Source: a virus
Taxonomy: Duplodnaviria > Caudoviricetes
Direction: 5' to 3' (one strand)
IMG/VR virus record: IMGVR_UViG_3300044724_004577
Span: 1-38,660 of that record
Length of the DNA stretch: 38,660 bases
Part shown: in pieces, positions 16,656 through 24,065 of the stretch
Numbering within the stretch: the first letter of the stretch is position 1
Layout: every line of letters starts with the position of its first letter
Notes under the pieces: model-generated
The model's input: only the letters and a program-made list of their open reading frames with translations
Told to the model about the DNA's origin: nothing
Database searches by the model: none
Program-made: the position numbers and the translations under genes

Positions 16656-16773
16656 AATGATGAAAAAAGGTGGTGCGGTTAAGAAAATGCGCGGCGGCGG
16701 TATGGTTAAGAAAATGCGCGGCGGCGGTATGGTTAAGAAAATGCGCGGCGGCGGTATGGTTAAGAAAAAGTAA
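16636..16773 (+). CDS. 45-aa basic repeat peptide MAMKPRKMMKKGGAV(KKMRGGGMV)3KKK (not in ORF track)
   Basis: RBS AGGAG at 16623-16627, ATG 16636, TAA 16771-16773, 3 bp before the next gene. Confidence 0.85.
   Translation: MAMKPRKMMKKGGAVKKMRGGGMVKKMRGGGMVKKMRGGGMVKKK
16677..16768 (+). repeat. Perfect 27-bp tandem repeat, about 3.4 copies
   Basis: GGTTAAGAAAATGCGCGGCGGCGGTAT at 16677, 16704 and 16731, with a partial copy at 16758. Confidence 0.97.
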
Positions 16774-16776
16774 GAA

Positions 16777-17445
16777 ATGACTGTTTCTGGTAACACAAAT
16801 TTTGAGTTAGATGTATCCGATTACATTGAAGAGGCTTTTGAGCGGTGTGGCTTAGAAGTCCGTACTCAGTACGACTATAAAACGGCGCGGAGATCCATTA
16901 ATCTGATGCTGGCCGAATGGGCTAACCGTGGTCTTAACCAATGGACGATAGCCCAAAGGACGCAAACGTTAATCGCTGGAACGGGGGAATATACTTTAAC
17001 CTCTGACACAATTGATATACTTTCCGTGGTCCTTCGACGGGATGGGACAGATTTGTCTTTAACCCGTATGAGCAGAGACGAGTATCTCAATATCCCCGTC
17101 AAATCAACGCAAGGCCGCCCTTCGCAATTTTTTCTAGATCGGCAGATAGCGCCCGTACTAAGATTATGGCCTACACCGGAAAACGGCTCCGACATAGTTG
17201 TTTATGACGCTTTGACGCGGATGGATGACGCTGACACCTTGCTTAATACAATTGAAGTACCGTTTCGGTTATACCCCTGCTTGGCCGCGGGGCTGGCTTA
17301 TTACATATCTATTAAACGAGCCCCTAACCGAGTACAGCTTTTAAAAGCCATTTACGAAGAAGAGTTTGAACGAGCCATGTCAGAAGACAGAGATCGTTCT
17401 TCCTTTAATGTAGTTCCGCAATATCAATACTTTAGGACAAGCTAA
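16777..17445 (+). CDS. Putative head-tail adaptor / tail tubular protein
   Basis: First gene of the tail module; helical ends with a central beta region (GRPSQFF...LRLWPTP); call rests on position and size. Confidence 0.65.
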   Translation: MTVSGNTNFELDVSDYIEEAFERCGLEVRTQYDYKTARRSINLMLAEWANRGLNQWTIAQRTQTLIAGTGEYTLTSDTIDILSVVLRRDGTDLSLTRMSRDEYLNIPVKSTQGRPSQFFLDRQIAPVLRLWPTPENGSDIVVYDALTRMDDADTLLNTIEVPFRLYPCLAAGLAYYISIKRAPNRVQLLKAIYEEEFERAMSEDRDRSSFNVVPQYQYFRTS

Positions 17446-17948
17446 TGTCTGGATTTTCCGTAGGAAAAAACTCTTATGCTATATCCGACCGCTCAGGTTT
17501 GCGGTATCGCTATAAAGACATGCGCCGTGAATGGAACGGGCTACTTGTTGGCCCGGACGAGTTTGAGCCAAAACAACCCCAGCTAGGACCTTTTAGAACA
17601 GTGGCTGATCCACAAGCACTTCGGGAGGCGCGCCCGGACAGAGTCGAGCCAGAGGTGGCTAGGTTATTGGGGCTAAATCCTTTTTTGTCGGGCGAAGTTG
17701 GAACAAACATTATAACGGTGACTGAAGTTGCTCATGGGCGTACAACAGGCAGTATAGTGAGGTTTAGAAATGTTTTTGGGTTTGATGGGTTTACTAAAGA
17801 GGTTATTGAATCCGCTGCGGGGTACGGTATTACGGTTTCCGATCAAGACAAATACACGTTTACGGCAACCTCCGGGACAGCAACCTCCGGAAATACACGA
17901 GGCGGTGGTCAAAATGCGTCCGCTGGACCGGTGACATTGGTGAGTTAA
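17445..17948 (+). CDS. Virion-associated hypothetical protein with a small beta domain
   Basis: TAATG coupling; AISDRSGLRY...EFEPKQPQL N-terminus; ITVTEVAHG...G..VRF domain. Confidence 0.75.
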   Translation: MSGFSVGKNSYAISDRSGLRYRYKDMRREWNGLLVGPDEFEPKQPQLGPFRTVADPQALREARPDRVEPEVARLLGLNPFLSGEVGTNIITVTEVAHGRTTGSIVRFRNVFGFDGFTKEVIESAAGYGITVSDQDKYTFTATSGTATSGNTRGGGQNASAGPVTLVS

Positions 17949-18842
17949 ATGGGATATACATACGAACAATTAAAACAGGCTATTCAAGACTTTACCGAAA
18001 ACACGGAAACGTCTTTTGTCACTAACATACCAAACTTTATCCAAAGTGCCGAGGATAGAGTTTTTGGATTAGTGGATTTAGAGGTTTTCCGCAAAAATGC
18101 AACCTCTACGTTGAGCGTCGGAGACCCTTATTTAGCTGTTCCATTAGATTATCTAGCCCCATTTTCTTTTCAGCTAACAAGTGCCGGGGTTAAAACATTT
18201 CTTGAAATGAAAGATGTTAATTTTCTTCAGCAATACAACAACGAAAGTAATGTTATTCCGGCTCCCCCGCCGAAATACTACGGCGTATTTGATGTAAACA
18301 ACTTTATTTTGTCGCCAACCCCTCAGACGGCATACACGGTTGAGCTTCATTATTATTATAGACCACTAAGCTTAGTAGAGGAGCTTATAACAATTAACTT
18401 AACCGGAATTTCAGGGGTGTTTACCCCCGGGGAGTATGTTACCGGTTCGTCTAGTCAAACCACCGCGCAAATAAGTGAAGTGTCCGCAACAAATATTAAA
18501 GTATTTCCTAGAACCCTTTCTGGGACAGGTTTCTTAGGGCTTAACGTGGGCACGGGAGCAGCTTATGGGACAACGGAAACTATTTCGGGCCTGTCCAGCG
18601 CGGCATCCGCAACTTCCGCGCAAATTACCACCCCTACCACATGGTTAAGTTTAAACGCGCCGAACACTCTTTTGTACGGGTCCTTAATGGAAGCTTATAC
18701 CTATATGAAGGGGGAGGGAGATATGATGCAGTTGTATGAGCAAAGGTTTATGCAGGAAGTTCAGAGATTAAAAGATTTGGCCGAAGCCAGAGAAAACAGT
18801 GACGCAAACCGGCGTGGGCTTCCTGACCGGCCTAGAACATAG
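17949..18842 (+). CDS. Putative adaptor-like tail protein with T/S/G-rich insertion
   Basis: Adjacent to the previous stop; PKYYG...SPTP..AYTVELHYYYRP and LLYGSLMEAY flank a low-complexity beta segment. Confidence 0.65.
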   Translation: MGYTYEQLKQAIQDFTENTETSFVTNIPNFIQSAEDRVFGLVDLEVFRKNATSTLSVGDPYLAVPLDYLAPFSFQLTSAGVKTFLEMKDVNFLQQYNNESNVIPAPPPKYYGVFDVNNFILSPTPQTAYTVELHYYYRPLSLVEELITINLTGISGVFTPGEYVTGSSSQTTAQISEVSATNIKVFPRTLSGTGFLGLNVGTGAAYGTTETISGLSSAASATSAQITTPTTWLSLNAPNTLLYGSLMEAYTYMKGEGDMMQLYEQRFMQEVQRLKDLAEARENSDANRRGLPDRPRT

Positions 18843-18853
18843 GAGAAATTTAA

Positions 18854-19276
18854 ATGGCGAATAACGCAACCACCTATCTAGAAAGAAACATCTTGTTGTT
18901 TTTGTTCAACAACAACTCAGGTTCTTTCGCCACTCCGGGGGACAGCCTTTATGTCGGGCTAGCCACCGCTGTAACTGACCCCGAAGCTGGGACAGTCACA
19001 GAAGCCAACTTTGTTAATTACGCAAGACAAAACGTCACCGCAGCTAATTGGACGGTGACTGGGGCAGGGGTTGACACGCAAACCGCGAAAAACTCTGCCA
19101 ACATTGATTGGCCTGCTTCAGGGGGGACAACTAACATTATAACACACGCGTTTATTGCAGACGCGGTAACCGGTGGTAATATCCTCTTTATTGGTGCCCT
19201 TGACGCTTCCAAAACAATTGAAGATACGGATATTTTTAGAATTAACCTAAACAACTTGACGGTAGAGCTTCGGTAA
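18854..19276 (+). CDS. Putative tail-associated structural protein
   Basis: RBS AGGAG; LYVGL...YARQ...ITHAFIADA..GGNILF. Confidence 0.75.
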   Translation: MANNATTYLERNILLFLFNNNSGSFATPGDSLYVGLATAVTDPEAGTVTEANFVNYARQNVTAANWTVTGAGVDTQTAKNSANIDWPASGGTTNIITHAFIADAVTGGNILFIGALDASKTIEDTDIFRINLNNLTVELR

Positions 19277-20517
19277 TGGCGCTTGTTTTAAAAGATCGTA
19301 TTAAAGAAACCACTGCCACAACCGGTACAGGGGCGTACACCTTGGCGGGCGTGGTAGACGGGTTTGAAAGTTTTTCGGAAATAGGTGACACGAACACAAC
19401 TTATTACTGTTGTACAGACGGCCTTGATTTTGAAATTGGTATTGGAACATATACCGCGTCGGGTACAACATTAGCGAGAACAACTATCCTTCAGTCAACC
19501 AACGCAGATGCCGCAGTAAACTGGTCTGCGGGAGACAAAGACATTTTTGTTACGCTTGCCGCGGAAAAACTGGTTTTTGGGGACGCTAGTGGGAATGTGG
19601 CCGTAGCAGGCACAGTTGATGGGCGCGATATTGCCACAGACGGCACTAAGCTGGATGGCATAGAAGTCGGTGCAGATGTAACTGACGTAACTAATGTCAC
19701 CGCCGCGGGTGCAGCGATGTTGACGGGAGCCGTTTTTACCGGAGACGTAACTGTACCAAACCTTTTAACCTCTGGAAACATTGATGGCCGGGACATATCT
19801 GTGGATGGGGCCAAACTAGACGGTATTGAGGCCGGTGCGGACGTTACCGATGTTACTAATGTTGCGGCAACGGGCGCAATGACCCCGGGTTATAGCGGTA
19901 CTTTTACCATTGCTGATAACGGAACTATTTTTTTTGGGAACGGAAACGACCTCTTTATCACGCATAATGGAACTAACTCTTTAATTAGAGATCAAGCCAC
20001 AGGCGACCTTCAAATTTCCGGAGCGAACGTAGTACTTCAGTACAGAGCAACTAATGGAACGCTTACTTCTAGATTAGAATGCGGCCTGTATGGTTTAAAG
20101 GTGTATGACGGGTCTACACTGGTATGTGACTTTAATAATGGCGGTGTGACCTACGAACTTAATATGCAGCAAAATCAAATGAATATTAAAGAACGGCATC
20201 TCACCCCTACTACGACCGCCTCAATGCAATTCAACGGATATGCAGCTAGTTCATACTCTTTTACAAGAACAACAAATATCACAAGCATGTTTTTTGCCGC
20301 AGTTGCAAACGCTCAAGCAAGTTCCATAACAATGTATATCTCAGCCAATTCTTCGGGAACTGCGTACACTATTGCTTGGCCTAGTTCGGTAAGATGGCCG
20401 GGGGGCACCGCGCCTACATTAACCAACACCCCGAATGCGGTGGATATTTTTGTTTTCACAACATATAATGGCGGCACCAACTGGTACGGGTTTATTGCCG
20501 GTCAGGATATGTCTTAG
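19276..20517 (+). CDS. Tail fibre protein
   Basis: MALVLKDRIKET anchor-like N-terminus; duplicated DGRDI..DG.KLDGIE.GADVTD shaft repeat; WP..VRWPGGTAPTLT...VDIFVF C-terminal domain. Confidence 0.8.
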   Translation: MALVLKDRIKETTATTGTGAYTLAGVVDGFESFSEIGDTNTTYYCCTDGLDFEIGIGTYTASGTTLARTTILQSTNADAAVNWSAGDKDIFVTLAAEKLVFGDASGNVAVAGTVDGRDIATDGTKLDGIEVGADVTDVTNVTAAGAAMLTGAVFTGDVTVPNLLTSGNIDGRDISVDGAKLDGIEAGADVTDVTNVAATGAMTPGYSGTFTIADNGTIFFGNGNDLFITHNGTNSLIRDQATGDLQISGANVVLQYRATNGTLTSRLECGLYGLKVYDGSTLVCDFNNGGVTYELNMQQNQMNIKERHLTPTTTASMQFNGYAASSYSFTRTTNITSMFFAAVANAQASSITMYISANSSGTAYTIAWPSSVRWPGGTAPTLTNTPNAVDIFVFTTYNGGTNWYGFIAGQDMS

Positions 20518-20519
20518 AA

Positions 20520-21626
20520 ATGTTGCGCGTTGCACACATGCTAGCGGCGTCTGTTGCGGCTCCTCCGCCTCAAATATTTACTTTTACGACCCCGGATGAG
20601 GGGCCTTTTGCACCTTCCCAAGCAAGTGTTTTGGCACAACCCGGTTACAGCGGCGGGGTTTTTAATCCGCCCAGTAGTGTTCTTTTAGGTATTCAATACT
20701 GGACTGTCCCTACTACGGGGACTTACAGGATTACTGCTAGCGGAGCAGCCGGTAGGACATACTCTAACTCTTCATTACGCTCGGGTAGAGGTGCCACAGT
20801 TCGGGGAGATTTTTCACTAACTCAAAACCAAGTTCTTGCCGTTTTGGTTGGTCAGAGGCCGCCCTATCAACCTGCCACTGGCAACTGGGCCGGTGGTGGC
20901 GGAGGAACTTTTGTGGCTCGGCTAAGTAATCCGGGCAGTCTTACCACGACAGGGGGTAACGCCCTACCTTTGTTAGTGGCTGGAGGAGGTTCCGCGAGTA
21001 GACACGCTACCACCAGTACCGGCATTATTGCTATACGAAACGGACAATTTTCCACAGCAGGGGGAAACGGTAACGGCTCTAGCGGTGCTACGGCGGGACA
21101 GTCCCCGGGAGTGGGCGGAGGTTGGACTAATTCCCGATCAGGGGGTGCCGCCGGTTGGGCTGGACCGGGTTCTTTACATGCTGATACTAGAAATTATTAT
21201 GTTCCCAGTGGTTACCCCGGTCCCGCCACCAGTGCTTCAAGGCCCGGAGCCGGGGCCTTTATACAAGCGTTTTCGGGAACTAATGGTGCTATCGGGCAAG
21301 GTGGTTTGTTTAACATTGCCTACGACACGTCTGCTAAGCAATCGGGCGGTTTTGGCGGCGGTGCGCCAAGCGCATGGGGCGGAATGGGCGGCGGTGGCGG
21401 ATATTCTGGCGGCGGCAACGGAAATAACAGCAGTACCGAATATGGCGGTGGAGGGGGAAGTTACATAGACGTGTCTGCAAGTAACGCCACAACCAGCACA
21501 GGAGCGTGGACTAGCGGTTCGACATATAGCGGTCATACCAACCATGCATCATTTTCCGGGCGCGAATTGCTTTATTATTTGAGTTGGATTAGCGCAGGCG
21601 AAGTAGTGCTAGAACTACTGCCTTAA
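20520..21626 (+). CDS. Glycine-rich protein with ALK/LTK-like glycine-rich domain; putative adhesin
   Basis: GIQYWTVPTTGTYRITASGAAG, GRGA...FSL....LAVLVGQ, GGGGGTFV, PLLVAGGG, GGFGGG, GGGGGYSGG, GGGGSY. Confidence 0.75.
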   Translation: MLRVAHMLAASVAAPPPQIFTFTTPDEGPFAPSQASVLAQPGYSGGVFNPPSSVLLGIQYWTVPTTGTYRITASGAAGRTYSNSSLRSGRGATVRGDFSLTQNQVLAVLVGQRPPYQPATGNWAGGGGGTFVARLSNPGSLTTTGGNALPLLVAGGGSASRHATTSTGIIAIRNGQFSTAGGNGNGSSGATAGQSPGVGGGWTNSRSGGAAGWAGPGSLHADTRNYYVPSGYPGPATSASRPGAGAFIQAFSGTNGAIGQGGLFNIAYDTSAKQSGGFGGGAPSAWGGMGGGGGYSGGGNGNNSSTEYGGGGGSYIDVSASNATTSTGAWTSGSTYSGHTNHASFSGRELLYYLSWISAGEVVLELLP

Positions 21627-21642
21627 ATTAACGGGGTTAGAA

Positions 21643-21807
21643 ATGGAAAACATATGTACGGGCTGTAATTCTTCTTGCCACAGAGGCATCATTTATGTAG
21701 ACAATTTTTCAAACGGTTTTACACCGCAAGAATATTTTTCTGGCGAAGAAAAAGGTGATGCGGATTGTTTAAAATGCACTTGTCCTGAATGTAGAGAACA
21801 ACAATGA
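21643..21807 (+). CDS. 54-aa Cys-rich microprotein (not in ORF track)
   Basis: RBS GGGG, ATG 21643, ATGA overlap with the next gene; CxxCxxxCH...CxxCxCxxC. Confidence 0.75.
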   Translation: MENICTGCNSSCHRGIIYVDNFSNGFTPQEYFSGEEKGDADCLKCTCPECREQQ

Positions 21808-22286
21808 TTAGTGGATTTTCCATTGCGGAAGCTCCGATTTCAGCCGCAGGTGGTGACCCAATAGTTACGGCAGAAGTGGCTATGGTTTTTGATTTTACCC
21901 AAACCAGCGATGCGGCCCGAATTAGAACTAGACCCGTAGATATAATTTCCACATTTATCACCGTCAAAGTAGCCTCGGGGATTATGGCCGGAGCTTCGGA
22001 CATGAGTTTTAACTTTGTTCAATCATCTTCTGGCGGTAGGTTACGAACAAATGTCGTTTCTTTGAGCAGTGAGTTTGTACAGACCACTTTTGCAAATCGG
22101 ATACAAGCTGCCCCTGATATAAATATGGAATTTTCGTTTACTCAAACGGCTGCTGGGGGTTTGACTTGGCAAAAGATAGACCCAGTAAGGGTAAATAATT
22201 GGTCAAAAATATCTCCCACAGGTGGGACGTGGACAGAAATAGATACAAATGTTAATGTAGAGTCATGGTCTGAAATTCAGCCGTAA
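21804..22286 (+). CDS. Tail-module hypothetical protein
   Basis: GFSIAEAPISA N-terminus; F.F.Q repeats; Trp-periodic C-terminus (WQKI, WSKI, WTEI, WSEI). Confidence 0.75.
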   Translation: MISGFSIAEAPISAAGGDPIVTAEVAMVFDFTQTSDAARIRTRPVDIISTFITVKVASGIMAGASDMSFNFVQSSSGGRLRTNVVSLSSEFVQTTFANRIQAAPDINMEFSFTQTAAGGLTWQKIDPVRVNNWSKISPTGGTWTEIDTNVNVESWSEIQP

Positions 22287-22311
22287 AGCTACTAGAAAAA
22301 AGGTGGTTTAA

Positions 22312-24051
22312 ATGCCAACAACATATACAGACAACACCGGTATAACAAAACCGGGCCCCGGAGAACAAAGTGGAACTTGGGGGACTACGGTTAATACAAA
22401 TTTTGATATTATTGACCGTGCTTTAAACGATGTCGGCACAATAACTCTTTCCGGTTCGACGTTTACTATTACGACGAATAACGGGTCTCTTTCTGATGGG
22501 CAGTACCGTACCTTGGTGTTTGTAGGAACATTAGGATCAGACTGCACGGTTACGATTGATCCCAACGGTGCATCTAAAACCTACCTTGTAAAAAACGACA
22601 CAACCGGTGGTTTTTCTGTGATATTGAGCCAAGGTAACGGCTCCGGCGGTACGTTAACCGTTCCCGCGGGGCAGGTAGCTGTCGCGTACACCGACGGTGC
22701 GGGGGTCGGCGCTAAAGTAGATGGGCAGGCATTTTCCAGTATAACAGACGCTTTGACATTTTCTGGAGCCGTGAAAGTTCAAGCCACAAATACCGGAGCA
22801 ACCATTACAGGAAACTTAATTAACGATGGGATAGAGGTTTTAACTGGCGGTCATCTAAAAGGTGCGCCCGGGTCTACCATGTCCCTTGAGGGTTACTTCA
22901 ATAACGGCACGGAAAACATAGCTGTTGGGGACCTTGCACTTGGGGGTACGGCAACACCAAACTCAATGTCAGGGGCTGGAAGAAATGTTGCGTTGGGAGC
23001 TCAAGCTTTAAAACTCTTAGCCTCCGGTGAGTATAACACCGCTATGGGCTATAAAGCGCACAGTAACATGGCGGACGGCACCCAAAACGTCGCGATAGGT
23101 AGTGAAGCGGGATTAAGTCAAAGATCCACAGGGAACGTATCTATTGGTGCGATGTCCTGCACCATTGACGGTTCAACTGGAGCTCTAGGTACGGCCGGAG
23201 AAAACGTATCTATTGGTTATAAAGCGGGGGGACAAAGCGGCTCCGCGCCCGCGGTGATTTCCGGATACAAAAGAAACGTGTGTATTGGACCAGAATCCGG
23301 TATTACGTTAGGCGGCGCTTCTGCGGAAAACGTAATAGTAGGGTATAGGTCAGGTCCAAATGCACAGAGCGCATCAAATCTTCTTTATAATGTGTTTATG
23401 GGGACGAACGCGGGCCAGAACGCAATCAGCGGCCAAAGCACTGTCGCCATAGGTACTGAGGCAGGCTACCTTTTGACAACCGGGGGCATAAACACTTTTA
23501 TTGGTCGCCGCTCAGGGAACAGCGGTGGTTATAACATAACCGGTAACCAAAACACGGCCGTGGGCTACTTTGCTTGTTCTAACGGGCTGGGACAAAATAA
23601 CACCACACTCGGCAATGGGGCGGGCAATACAGGCAGTCCTTTTAGCTTGATCGGGGCGTCACAAATTGATCATAGGGTTATTATAGGCAATAACGACGTA
23701 ACAAATGCTTATATCAATGTAGCATGGACCGTGACTTCTGATGTTCGTGATAAGACAAATATCGAACAGGTAACACACGGTTTAGAGTTTTTATCTTCTT
23801 TTTCCCCCATTAAATTCCAATACACAAATAACCGGGAAGATCGGGAGCCGCACGGATTTGTGCATTATGGCTATAGCGCCCAAGAAGTTTTGGCGGCAGA
23901 AGGTGAAAACCCCGTAATTGTTGACACGGAACAAGCCGAAAAATTAAAAATGAAAGAAACACAATTAATTCCAGTTTTGCATAATGCAATTTTAGAATTA
24001 AAGGAAGAAAATGCTGCCCTCCGCGCAAGACTAGATGCTGCGGGTATTTAA
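22312..24051 (+). CDS. Tail fibre/spike with autotransporter-head-like repeats and C-terminal intramolecular chaperone (peptidase S74-like)
   Basis: GEQSGTWGTTVNTN anchor; many N-x-[AS]-[ILM]-G repeats; TSDVRDKTNI autocleavage motif, GYSAQEV, terminal coiled coil. Confidence 0.88.
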   Translation: MPTTYTDNTGITKPGPGEQSGTWGTTVNTNFDIIDRALNDVGTITLSGSTFTITTNNGSLSDGQYRTLVFVGTLGSDCTVTIDPNGASKTYLVKNDTTGGFSVILSQGNGSGGTLTVPAGQVAVAYTDGAGVGAKVDGQAFSSITDALTFSGAVKVQATNTGATITGNLINDGIEVLTGGHLKGAPGSTMSLEGYFNNGTENIAVGDLALGGTATPNSMSGAGRNVALGAQALKLLASGEYNTAMGYKAHSNMADGTQNVAIGSEAGLSQRSTGNVSIGAMSCTIDGSTGALGTAGENVSIGYKAGGQSGSAPAVISGYKRNVCIGPESGITLGGASAENVIVGYRSGPNAQSASNLLYNVFMGTNAGQNAISGQSTVAIGTEAGYLLTTGGINTFIGRRSGNSGGYNITGNQNTAVGYFACSNGLGQNNTTLGNGAGNTGSPFSLIGASQIDHRVIIGNNDVTNAYINVAWTVTSDVRDKTNIEQVTHGLEFLSSFSPIKFQYTNNREDREPHGFVHYGYSAQEVLAAEGENPVIVDTEQAEKLKMKETQLIPVLHNAILELKEENAALRARLDAAGI

Positions 24052-24065
24052 CCGAGGGGTTTTAA

